A DNA stretch of 64,000 nt from Takakia lepidozioides (GCA_030704615.1 CM060731.1:48484001-48548000), one strand, 5' to 3'. Counted from the stretch's first letter, positions 24,924 through 36,953 are shown. Notes: a model not told the origin generated them from the sequence alone. A program made the numbers and translations.

Positions 24924-25340
24924 CTATGGGCTCGAATGACCCCCATGGTTCGATTTGTCTTCAAAGACCATTTGGAATGGAGGACGCTTGAACTGTCCAC
25001 TACATTTAATCATGATTCTTGCACTTGTTCGGGACCAAACAAATATCGGACAAGACAGATAATCAGACATCCAAAAAATAGTTGTGAAGTCTCCCCACAA
25101 TCCTCCATTGGTCGCACTCGTAGACACTTTTTCAATGTACCCTTCTAGTGTGCTGACTTGTACATTATGCAGAGACAAAAGAAATTCTGGAGAAAGTTGA
25201 CTTCGACAATCTATAGCTGGTTGGGTATGGAAATCCAGCGCTTTCTAAAAATGACACATTGTATTTTGTGGCAGAAGCACAGAAGATTGGTTGTAGTTAA
25301 AAAAAAAAGCCATGGAACCAAAGAGGCAATTTCCAGCCAA
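24924..25340 (-). pseudogene. OTU-like cysteine protease (deubiquitinase) domain, probably TE-borne
   Basis: One frame reads GNCLFGSMA (catalytic Cys loop), YIEKV..GGLWGDFTTIFWMSDYLSCPIFVW, GGHSSP (His loop). Single TAG at 25245-25247. Confidence 0.7.
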
Positions 25341-25501
25341 AAACGGATAGTCATGTTGTCGAACCAATGATGATACATTGATACATTGTTATACATTGAT
25401 CATTGATCAATACATCAATACATTAAACATGTTGTCGAACCAATGATGATACATCAATACATTGATACATTGATCATACATTGACAGGACATCGTTGAAC
25501 C

Positions 25502-27463
25502 CAGGGTTGCAACGTCAGTCACGTCACGTCACGTCGGACCTGACGCTGACGCGACCAACGTCACGTCAGTTTTGCCGAAAATTCAGTAAAACATGATTTA
25601 GGTAAAAAATATATGTCACGTAGGTGGACACGTTGTATTCCAAGCGACACATTGGCAAGTGAATGAATTGTTTTATAAATTACTCCATCCGCCAGGCCAG
25701 TATTTGAGGTCATTTTTAAATCATTATTGTTAAATTGGTGCGACCTCCAAATGGTGGTGGCTTTGTCCACGTCTGATTTGGAGGAGAATAGTCGCATAGA
25801 AAGCTCGGCCCATGGAGAGGCTGAAATGATGCGCGAGTCCACCTTGGTGTCCGAGATGTTGGATTATCCAGCGCCTGATCTCAGCTCTAGGGCGGGGTCT
25901 ACCAGGGAAGTAGATGAGGATTCATGTTTGAGTCATTTTTTGCGCTTGTGCGATCATTTGTTTGTTCAAGCGGATAACAGGTTGCTCTGTCTCCACTTGC
26001 ACCTTTGTGTCTTCTCATAACGCATCAGCTGGTCGGGGGATGGTAGTATGGTTATTGGAGACGAGCCTTTTCCAAGGAGGAGCCGAGGCCTCAAAGGCTT
26101 TTCTTGGTCCAGACCTGGTTTTGCCTTCCTTGAGTTGAGGTCCTCCGCGATGCCACGACTTCGAGCTTCCACCTCTGGAGTCCATGACAAACACGCCAAA
26201 CGACGATGGTCAGCAGGTCACTCAGACTGGTTCTCTGCTGGGAACAGTGAGAATGAGAGGGGTAGATTTTAGAATTGAGAAGAGAATCAGGGGGTAGTTG
26301 GATACTGCGGATGCAACAGAAGCAGCTAGTGAGAAGTAGTGAGAAGAATGATACTTCAATTGTGTTGAGGGGGGAACACTTAGAAAGCAAATGAAAAACG
26401 TGTGGGTGGAGGAGACAAGAGCGATACTAGGGCGTGTAGATATGAGCTCGAATTCTTCAGACCAGGGTTGTGAGCATGTGGATGGGACAGCAGGCCCAGC
26501 CCCCATTTTGTGCCCTTCCGCCTTTGTGTCGTCGCAGAATTTATCTTATTTTTTAATATTGCGACCACCAGCAGAGGGGTTGTCGCAGCATTTGTTTTTA
26601 AAAATAGATGAAACCACTAGCAGGGGTGGTTGCATATTTTTTTTTCTTAAACAGTTGTTTGCCCACGCCCCCTGGTGTCGCACAAGTTTTATTTATTTGA
26701 ATAGGTGCGACCACCTCAGGGGGGTGTCGCAACATTTTCTATTTTTTAATCTGATGCGACCACCCCATGGGGTGGTCGCACATTTTTCTGTGTGTTAATA
26801 GGGTGCGGACCACAGCCAGGGGGGTGGTCTCGACAGCAAGCAATATTTCTGGTTGTTTTTTTTTTTTTCCTTAAAATAATCTTTGTGCCACGAGCATGGG
26901 GGGTGGTCGCACCATTTTTTTTTTAATAGGTGCGACCCCAGCAGGGGGGTGGTCGTAGCAATTTTGTTTTTGAATATCTGCGACCCCAGCATGGGGGTGG
27001 TCTCGCAGCAGTTTTAAAAAAAAAAAAGAACATGCGACTCCTCGAACCAATTTTGTTTTTAAAAAAATGTGCGACCACCCTCTGATGGTGGTCGCACCTA
27101 TTAAACAGAATGAAAATACTGCGACCACCACCTGCTGGTGGTCGCATCCATTTAAAAAATAAGAAAAAACTGGCGACCAACCCCTTCTGGTGGTCGCACC
27201 CTTTTTTTTTTAAACAATTGTCCGACCAACCGTGTTGAAGGTCGCATGATTGACAATATAAATCATAATATATAAATTTTACTGATAAATAATGAAGTAC
27301 ATGTAATGACGCCACATCGGTTGCCACGGTCGGTCTCATAGTACATATCATAGTAAAGTTAAATATAGTCGTTTGGACGTGACGTGACGCACCGTCCGTC
27401 GCTGAGCTTTCGGAACGTGACGCTGAGGGTCAACGCCCAGTCATGTCCAACTTTGCAACTAGG
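25502..27463. mobile_element. Non-autonomous hAT-type DNA transposon (~1.96 kb)
   Basis: Exact 8-bp TSD GTTGAACC (25494-25501 and 27464-27471). Imperfect TIR CAGGGTTGCAA / TTGCAACTAGG. Subterminal (CACGT)n motifs face inward at both ends. Confidence 0.8.
26510..27250. repeat. Array of ~14-15 palindromic TGCGACCACC-N-GGTGGTCGCA units with AT-rich spacers, ~50-bp period
   Basis: Units at about 26560, 26609, 26706, 26755, 26804, 26886, 26931, 26979, 27070, 27120, 27172 and 27221, plus degenerate ones. Confidence 0.85.
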
Positions 27464-29130
27464 GTTGAACCATTGATGCTGTCGAAACATTTTTTTGACA
27501 ACTCTGTATCAATGTCCCGCTCCCGGGTGTTTGGCATATCTAAATGTGACGAACGAGAATGATGGAATACAACGTAAGTATGGGTTACGGATTTTCAAAC
27601 TGCCCATGTTTTTTTCCTCAACACTCAATTCCAACACCAATAATGTACAACACTGATATTTCTTTCTGGCACGATATGGCACTTAGGCCATTTCAATACC
27701 AACACCAATATATACAACACTGAATACTCTTGCATCGATAGTGGCACAATCGTGCGCATACCTATCGCTACACAACTACATCGTTGTCCAAAACCACACA
27801 ACACATGTGCACACCACACACTAGTATACGACTAGTCCACCACTAGTCCAACCACTAGGCTATAACTAGTCAGTCACTAGGCTGTCACTATGCTGCCCAC
27901 TATGGCAGTCACTAGTCCACACAATGATAAAGAAGAAGAATACAAGCACAAGCTCATGCGAGCTCACAAAGCTGAAGCATAAACTCATGCGATATAAACT
28001 CATCACTCAAATACAAGTCAAGCCAAGTGCACCCCATGCCATGGGGATTCCACACTACGGCGCCATAGCTAGGCGCGGTGAGGCTCAACTCAACCCTGCA
28101 ACTGCCCCATAAGAGGCAGCATAGTGACAGCCCTCGAAAGTCCATGAAAGTCCATGACCAAAACAAAAAAGTTGAGGATACTATCCCAAAATATTTTTTT
28201 TTGTGATAGATAATGGTATACTGAACATATTTAGTAAAGAGTCCTACCCCAAATATTAAAGATATAATTCATTAAATATTTTAGTATATTATTTAGAGAA
28301 ATTATGAAAAACTAAAAATATCGAGTTTCACAAAAAATTCAATATGATACCTAGCCATTGAAGATTATAGGTTTTATACTTCCAGAAGAAAAAAAACACC
28401 CAAACTCCAAAAAACAAGATGAACTATGGACTTTTCAAAAAACGCCTATTTGTTTTTACTTATATTAGTCCATATGAGTCAAATGACAAATGATTTTGCC
28501 ACTTCAAATCCATACCTATGATGTGGACCAAAATGGCCACCTTATGTCCAAATTTCAATGGAATTCACCAATGGCACATAGAAGAATTTGAGTCCATTGT
28601 AATTCCATTCATTGTGGTAACCATCCACAATGACGGTGTTCAAAAGTCCATAGCGGAGTCATTTATTATCGGACTCATGATTGAGAGGAGTTCTGCTATG
28701 GGTGCGTATTGAAGCTAAGAATCCAATGACATATATATTTGCTGGTTTTAATGAGTTAATTTAATTTCAATTGATGACACCATCAATTGCAGTCATCTAA
28801 AACTGTGCTGGTAACGTCCATTTTGGTCCAGGCAACCCTGCATTCACCCTATGGCAGTCACTAGTCCACACAATCGCCCCCCTAGCTGGTGTTTAGGTCC
28901 CTCTAAGTCCAGGTACCCACAAATGTGATAGTGACCATAGCCTCACTAAGTCCTCCACCACTGTCTCTACTACACTCAAACTCAATAGATCAAGAGGCCG
29001 GTTGCAAGAGTGCCTCATCGTTAGTCGCCATTTTGCAACCTATGAACTTGAGCCTGGGATCTCGTGTATTGACTCCTATGAGCTTGGCCTCCCATGTCTT
29101 GTTAGCTGCCTCTAGTCATGTCCACTGTCA

Positions 29131-29281
29131 CTATCCCAAGCAGTGTGGACACAACCAGTCTCCATCAGGAACCTTCTCAAGAGGTGGTGTCAAGCATCCC
29201 ATGTGCCAACCTCTTGAGCATCGATCACACACCAACATGGTGGCTGCCCCTTTGGCAGACCCAGAGCATGCACCTCAAACC
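29131..29281 (-). other. PHD finger at the C-terminus of gypsy integrase (frameshifted at the second Cys)
   Basis: CML(C)..SAKGAATMLVCDRCSRGWHMGCLTPPLEKVPDGDWLCPHC followed by a stop: Cys4-His-Cys3 pattern. Confidence 0.88.
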
Positions 29282-32200
29282 TGCAGGTACACACTGCTAA
29301 GTTTGGGGTCAACTCTGCCATCGACATTGGGAAGGTGACATGGCGCACAATTTACGCACATGGTCTTTCCAAGTCATGCCATCCCGACCCTCCAAGATCA
29401 GGTCTCCTAAAGGGCAACACCTCTCGAACCCTCAGAATACACTGCCGCAGTGACATCTAGGGTCGTAGGAGCAGTCTGCTGCAAATAAACCTAAGTCACC
29501 AGGGCTAACCTCTGACCCCAGGACGATATCCTCCCACCACGTATAGTGGGCATACCTCAACGTATCACGATGATGTGCAATGGCAAGGTTCTTAAAAGCC
29601 ATGGGCATGACTTTCTTGAACAACTCTGCACGTTGATCACATGCACGTACCCACACGTCCGGATCATCAAGGTTAAGGACTTGAGCAGTGTCCCTACGAA
29701 TGGCTTGCAGGCAAATCCGGCTCTCGGCCAAAGAGAAGGCAATAATGGTGAGAAGAAGGCAAGTGATGCTTGTTATGCTGAACCTGTAGACCCATGGCTA
29801 ACCAAGGCACCTGAAGATCCTAATCTCCTAGGTATCCCTTCTGCAAGCCATACTTGCGAACCCCTCTTTACCCCACTCACTGACTCACCTCTCTGTCCTG
29901 AAACGCCTCTCTCTGCCAAGCCATCGGCCTCAGGATGATCCCGAGAAGTGGTGCGGTGGTCTATCAAGGTTTTATCACACAAAGTCTGAAACTCCCCCAA
30001 GAACTCTCTCCCTTGGTCCGTGAGTACCTCAGCTGGAGCACCGAATCGGCTAAGCACACGATCCAAGAATCATACGCAGTAGCCCCCTCACTAGCCTGGT
30101 CAGGCAATGGAACCAACTCAATCTCCACTTGGAGAAGTGTTCCACCATCACCAACCCATATCTGTGGTGACGCATAGTTAGTGGCAACGGTCCTGCGAAG
30201 TCAAGACTACACCAGCCCAATCCCATGATTGGTAAAGGATGCAACTGTGGTGTAGGGGCGTCGAATGAAGCACGCACCCATGTCACACACCATGCACCTA
30301 GCCACAAAGTGTTGCATCTCTGTATGCATACCACGCCACCAATACTGCCCCTGCAGTAAACTGTGAGTGTGTCGCACTCCAAAATGCCCCAACTCCTCAT
30401 GGGCATGCCGCACTAACCGTGCATGCTATGTTGGGTGAGGCACAATCCTCACTCGACCATCCTCCCACACTCGGAGCAGGTGTATCCCCTCCCACTTGAA
30501 CCTCTTGGCTCGTTGTAGGATCCAATCCCTCTCTGGCAGCCACAGGATCCGATCCCTCTCCACAGTGGCTGCCGTGTCTCCCGTGCGGAGGTAGTCCAAC
30601 ACAGCCGAATCCTCATGTATGTCTCTAGCACAACCTGGCTCATCACTAGCCTCAGGGTCCTCAGACACTCCGTCTACAGTTATCCCTGTTGTAGGTCCAC
30701 CTGACCTTTCGATGCCAGATACACAAAAATGCAGATGCGTGCCATCCCGGCACCATCTCCTCATCCGTCTCACCATGCCACCGAGCTCCAGTGTCATCCT
30801 GCTAGCTCGTGCATGGATTGCAACTCAATCCATCCGCATCCCGATTGACCAAACCCGGTCGATGCACAACCTGAAAGTCATACTCCTGGAGTATGAATGC
30901 CCACCACCGGCAAGCTTCCCTGTAAGCTTGTCTGACTCCATCAACCACTTGAGTGGCTGGTGATCCGTGACAAGGGTGAAGAGATTGCCATATAGATAGC
31001 ACCTGAAATGTGCCACGGCCCACACTGCAGCTAAGCACTCTCCTCCCTCATATGACTATACTTACCCTCTGCAGCGTTGTTCGAGCGGCTAGCATAAGCC
31101 CCTACGAACTTTCTCCCCTCATCATCCACCTGTTGTGAGCACCGCTCCCAAGCCCCAGCATGCTCCAATCTGTATGCAGCTGAAAGGACGCGCCCCCTGA
31201 TAGGTCGTCTCAGGATAGGCGCCGAAGCAACTCGCCTTGAGCTCTTGAAAAGCTCGTTCCTGCTCATCTTCCACTGCCACTCCTGGTCCACATTGGTCAG
31301 CTTGGGTTAGAGCATTTGCAATGGCACTAAATCCCTTGACAACCGTCTATAATAGTTTGCCAACCCCATGAAAGCTCGAACTCGGCTCACATCCGTGGGG
31401 CGTGGAATTTATGCAATGGCCTCTACTTAGTCTGCTGTACCCCCAATTCTCCAGGATATATCATGTGACCCAGATACTCAATCCGGTTGTGGAAAAACTT
31501 GTCACTTCCCGTGCAACTTCAATCCGTGCGCTCTCAAGCGCTCCAATACCCACCTGAAGGTGTCTCTCGTGCTCCTCCACCACCACCGTAGCACTAAAGA
31601 TGAATGAGGTCATCTATGTAGCACTGAGCAAAGATCACAGTCCCCTGCCACACCAACACATCCAAAAACATGCACTCCACACACAACAACCCACCACACC
31701 ACATCCAACACACCCACACAATGGACACCCCTGCTAAATCCTCATGACTCTCCCTCAACTACCTGCAGGAGCGTTCTTAATCCCCAATGGTAAGACCCGC
31801 CATTGATATAGGCAATCTTGCCGTGCTCATTGATCCCCCAGAATGTCGTCTTCTGCTGTCCGCCCCCCTGATCGGCAACTGGTGATATCCCGGATCGTAA
31901 ATCCAAAGTGCTAAAAACCTTAGCATCCCGATGGCATCAAAAGATCTCCTCTGGTGTGTGGCATGGCATACTTATTGGACTTGGTCTGACGATTACAAAA
32001 AAAAAACAGGCCCGTAATTACCGCACATACGTCTCTCCGTCCCCCAATTGCCATGACATCCTTCTTGGCTGGCACACTGTGGCTGAAGCCATTACTCTCC
32101 ACCAGAGGCTCCACCAAACCCTGCCTCTCAAGATCTTGAGTCCTCATCTGAATCAAAGACCTCTCCATGTCACTGTAGCTATAGGGTCTCCGAAAGATTG

Positions 32201-32699
32201 GCGTGTCAGTGGCCAACTCAATATACGGATCTCTTGACCTTTCAGTGCTCCCAAGTCCTTCAAACTGAAGGCAAAGCAATTCATGTAAGCCCTCAGGGGC
32301 CGCCGTATACGTCGTCGCTCTCCTCCGTAACAATGGGTCCAATGTCAGGCTCCCTTGTTCCTCCGTAACTGCAACCTTAAGTCCAGTGGGCTTTAGAGGT
32401 AGAGGACGCGTCCTGGTGTGCTATGTTGCAACCTCTTGAGCAGTACACCCTACCTGCTTAGTCAATGACAAGGCCTCATCCTGCCCCATCATCTCATCCT
32501 CGAGGACTTCCTCAACCCGAAAAAAATCCCCAACCTCATCCATCACCGCCACCTTGGCTGCCAACTCCCTCTAAACCTCGAGCACCTCCCACGTGTGCCA
32601 TGGGTGTCTGCATCCCATGATCCTCACATGCTCGTCCCCACTCACTGCCTATACCGTCTCGGTAGGTAAAGAAACCATTGAGGGAAGTATACGCCACAC

Positions 32700-33690
32700 T
32701 CTGCGCTGCTCAGCCATAGCCAAGCTGATAATCCAGGTCAAGCAATTAAGATCCATTGCTTGCCCCAACACCTGACGACGTTATGCCTCAGAAAGAGACG
32801 GCACCGCCATGGTACCAGTGGTAAAACCCATCGCCCACTCACGTTTATCAGCATTATACTCCATTAACTGCTGCAACTGAGCATCCCACAGGAGGCCAGG
32901 TCCACTATCCCGGAAAGCATGCGATCCTGGGAAGCTGAGCAGTGTAGGTAATGTTGCTCGTGGTTAACCCACCATGTTGACCACTGCCAAAGGCGAACGG
33001 TCATTGTGTCTCCTACGTTGAGACTGCCTCCCTGTGTCCAAAATGCTATCCATTGTGAGGTGTGCTGGCCGCTGCACCCAATCAATGCAACGCTTGAGCA
33101 GTGCGGGTGACATCAAGTTAGTCCACCATAGCCGTAGACGATGAGCCCGTGACCCCACTGCAGCTGCATCTAGCAACACTGCTGACCTAAGCCACGACCG
33201 GACTTGATGCACACTGGCCATCACCCGGGCCCGAGAATCAAACCATCAGTGGCACATTCTCCAAGATGTATGCTGGAGATACAGCTTGATGAAGCTGTAA
33301 GTGGCGCAAAAACCGTACCATCTCCCCAAACAAACCCGACCTCGAGTCTCGCAATCCATTGACATGCCCGGCTGATGAATGCCCTTAGCAGGGCCAACCT
33401 GCCACTACCAGATCAATGGAGCCACCCGCTCCAAATCCTGCGCCCCCCAGCACGAATGTCTGCTGGCAAGGCCTGCTGATCCCACGCCTGCAGACACTCA
33501 AACCGTCAACAACTCAGGGTACAGCTGCACCGACTGAGCAACATGGCGAAGTGAAACGCGTCATGCAGTCTCATCCCTCTCCACATATAGGTAACATCGA
33601 ACTCGTACACCTGCCTGTAACATAGCAGCCAATCCGGTGCTGATCGCACCAAACAAGTCTAGAAGACAAATGCCTTCATCCGGATACTGC
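32700..33690 (-). pseudogene. DNMT3-like C5-cytosine DNA methyltransferase domain inside gypsy pol
   Basis: Motif I LLDLFGAISTG; motif II YVERD; motif IV IDLVVAGWPC*GHSSAG; GLRDSRSGLF; motif VI YILENVP; motif VIII DAAAVGSRAHRLRLWWTNL; motifs IX-X REWAMGFTTGT...RRQVLGQAMD. Confidence 0.9.
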
Positions 33691-36600
33691 CACACAATAG
33701 GTGTGGTGTCTAATGGAGACAGCTGAGGTGGTCTTGGGGCAATCCCCGCACTCTCCTCCTCTCCTGATGGTACAAAAGCCTTCACCCAGGCTTGTTGCAC
33801 CCGTCGATCAGCAACCTGCTGCAAATCCTTGCTCGTGCCCCACAATGGAGTCTGAGCAACCATGGCAGGCAACTCCGTCACACCATACCTGTCATCATGC
33901 TCTCCCGGAGGTAACACATCCTCTGAATGAGCGTTGCCCTCAAGCAACTCTCCAGACCAATTCACTGCAGCTGTGAATGCTGCTAGTGTCGACATCTTGC
34001 CTCGCTGGGCAACCGCAACCCCTCCTATGAACGTCACAGGGGAGTTGCACACGCCGGCCCTCCCCTGACTGTCATCCAAGCTATAGGAAGCTGACTCCTC
34101 CCAAAAATCCAAGGTGAAGCCCATGGGTACAACATGCCCAACACCAGGACATCTTACGAGACACCACCTCTGTCACAATGGCCTTGGCTCGCCTCACTGA
34201 GCCATTTGTAGGGTGATCCGGCCGTAGTCTGATAGCCAACTCACGCCGTGTCATGTCCCGAGCATGCTCCGATCCTCCCAGAGACGTTTGTATCTGGAAA
34301 GGACAAGGCTCCATATCCGCCTCCGTGAGGCCCAAGCCTGCAATAGCAGCTCTGCCCAGCATCAATGCTGAGCTCCCGAGTCCAACAAGGCCCGTAGTGG
34401 CCAGTACCTCTTGCCTGCCGGTCCACTCAAACAGAAAATGTCATCCTGGTTGTCTAACATGACAACTCCAGGTGTCACCATGGCGCGCTCAATGGCTGGC
34501 CTAGCTGGCAACTCCATCAACCTGGCAGCTGCAGCTTGTCATGCGCCGCCGTGGCAGTCTTGACCCTCAAATCTGAGGATCTTTCTGGCACTACACCTCC
34601 CACTATCTCCGCAAAAGATGAAGTAACCTCCTCACTCTCACAGAGTGTAGCTGCCAGCCTGAACACCTCAGCTGGTCTTACCCCCGGCGTCGCAATCATG
34701 GTAGCCGAGAACAATGGAGCCTGACACACAGATGTGGCCGGTCCCAGCAGCACACTAGCTGCCGTAGCCTTGGCAACACTAGGTAGTGGTGTTGCCCGTG
34801 TAGCTCTCCCCAATGGCATAGTAACCTCCGCCTCGGTAACAGTCGGGCGAGAACTAGTTGCCATGGATGGCGTCAACACTATCTCCGCCACTGTGAATGA
34901 CTGAGGAAGCCTGGCCTGACGGCTTGCTTCCCCACGTTGTGGATCCAACTCCACCTCTACACCTCGTGATCAGTACTCGTGCTGCTTCTCGGGTCATGGC
35001 TGCAGCAGACCCCACCTGCACTAGTGGTAGTGCTGCTCCGCACATGAATCCCATGCCTCCCATATCTCCTCCCTCAGGAGCATGAGGTGGACCATCCGGC
35101 CTTGGGGTCGGCACCACCTGAGCTGTAGCCATGGCAACGAGCCTCTGCTCTAGCTGCTAAAGCCGGTTGGCCATGCCTTGGTCAACATCCTGGCCTTCGC
35201 GTCCTTGGCCATGTTGAGCTTGCCCTTGGCCTGCACCTCGTGCCTGGCCCACCTCGTCCTCTTTGGGCTGCTCCATCCACCTCGCCCCCGGCCACCATGT
35301 TCCCTTGGAACTGGCTTGGGCCCAACTCAGGATGCAAACCATAACACTGGGCCTCTCCATGCTCGTGCTTGCCACAATGTCCACACTGCAACTGTGCAGG
35401 GTGTGCATGTGCCGGCCCTTTGCCTCCCTCTGGGCAATCCTTCTTGACATGGGGTCCTCCACATGTCCAACACACCAACCTCCGCCCGTTGTTGGCCTGC
35501 AAATGAAGGGAGAGACCCCTACATCTGAGGTCCTCTCTGTCCTTCCATGGGCTTCACCTGAGCCCCTTGTTGCCTTGAGCACGTTGAGGTAGTGGTTGGC
35601 TAGAAGCACCACTACCCCGTGGTGTCTCCTTAGCAAATCCCACCATGACCACTCATTCCTCCACCATGTTGAGCTCTATCTGCTCTGCCCGCAAAAACAC
35701 ATTTGCTAAGCTCGGTTGGGCCGCTTGTAGGAGAGTTGCATCCCGCACCCTTCTCCTTAGCTTCCTGTCCAATATCCCATACCAGAATTGGACAGCCTGA
35801 GCTTCCGTAACCCCTTGGGTTACATTTATCAAGCGCCTCATGCGAGTGAAAGCCTCCCTCAAGCTCTCAGTAGGCTCCGTTTGAACTCTTGCAAGCTCCG
35901 CAACTTCTCTGTCCTCACCCTTGGTAGTTCCCTCTCAACTCTTTGGAAGAACTCCACAACAGGGTTGAAGGCGGCACGGATACTGGTGCTGGTGCGTAGT
36001 GGCTTGGGTGGACGTCCTAGCTACGGTACCACCAGTCCCACTAGTCCCACTGCTGTTTGCTGAAGCTGCCGATGCAGCAGCAGGTGTAGCCACTGCCCTC
36101 GTGGCTCTAGTGCCCCTAGTGATGGAGACATAGTCGGGTGACCAGTACATCCTCCACTCCTTGATCTCAACCTCATTCCCCCGCCTAAACTCATGGTAAT
36201 CATCACTAGGCGCCCCTCAAGGTGCTAAGACAACCCCTTCCATGCCATGAAAGGCGTAAATAGTTGTGGATTGCGCATTTTTGCGCAAATCACACCACCT
36301 ATCAAACTCTTGGATAAAATCATCCAACTCGATGGTGCCCCACCGCCCCAGAGTACCTTCGTGGCCCCTTGGTAGCTCCATAATCTCCTCCATTTGTCCC
36401 ACAATAATGGCAAGGAAACAACTTGCACTGCCGGTGTGAGTCCTCCTGATTCACAATCTGAATCAGAACCTTCCGTAGAAGACACCATTTCTCCAAGGGG
36501 TTTAGCCACGCCAAGCTAGGGTTTGTGTCTCTTGGACTCTAGGCTTCTTTGCACCGAGCTATGGCGGTTGTGAGGAAATCAGCAAGGTATTCTTGTTCTT

Positions 36601-36953
36601 TATGGCCCCCACACACCATCAATAGTAGCTCTAATTCCAAAGGAAGATGTTGGCAACCGAAACTAAGTGCACAAGCTTCCATTTAACTCACAAAATAGCG
36701 CCATTGATCCCTATGGCGACTAATCAAACATGGCTGACTTTCAGCCCTTGTAGGCACTCATTCACGTGCTTTTCTTGACCATAGCATGCCCTTCGCACCT
36801 AATCCAGCCCCTGCACCTGCTGCTTCAAGAGTTGTGCTCCCTTCAAGCTTGAAGTTGAAACCCCAACTCACATAGGTCCTACAAGTGCTTTTATTTCACC
36901 CCAAGTGGAAACCAGCCCTAGCCCTTCTAAAGCTTGAAAAACAGAGCCTCAAT

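Larger units (their letters stand above)
28841..36514 (-). mobile_element. Degenerate Ty3/gypsy LTR retrotransposon: gag-ZnK-PR-DNMT-RT-RH-INT-PHD; 3' LTR starts at 28872 and is truncated; 5' LTR not found
   Basis: Gag fragments 36514-35653; two Zn knuckles (CWTCGGPHVKKDC, CGHCGKHEHGEAQC); PR LLDSGAQ at ~34385; RT PIFRRPY at ~32200 and YIDDL at ~31610; RNase H AYASRS, TDHQPL, ADGLS; INT HEELGH..CMVC and TDQGREF. PPT AGGGGGG precedes TGTGTGGACTAG. Confidence 0.9.

Noticed and set aside
26510-27250. CRISPR array
   Set aside because: Eukaryotic context, no cas genes, repeat loops vary, spacers are low-complexity A/T tracts, and the array lies inside a TSD-bounded transposon.
32700-33690. Host DNMT3/DRM gene or bacterial contaminant methyltransferase
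   Set aside because: It is intronless, on the same strand as and co-linear with gypsy PR and RT, shows the same degree of decay, and has no bacterial gene neighbourhood.
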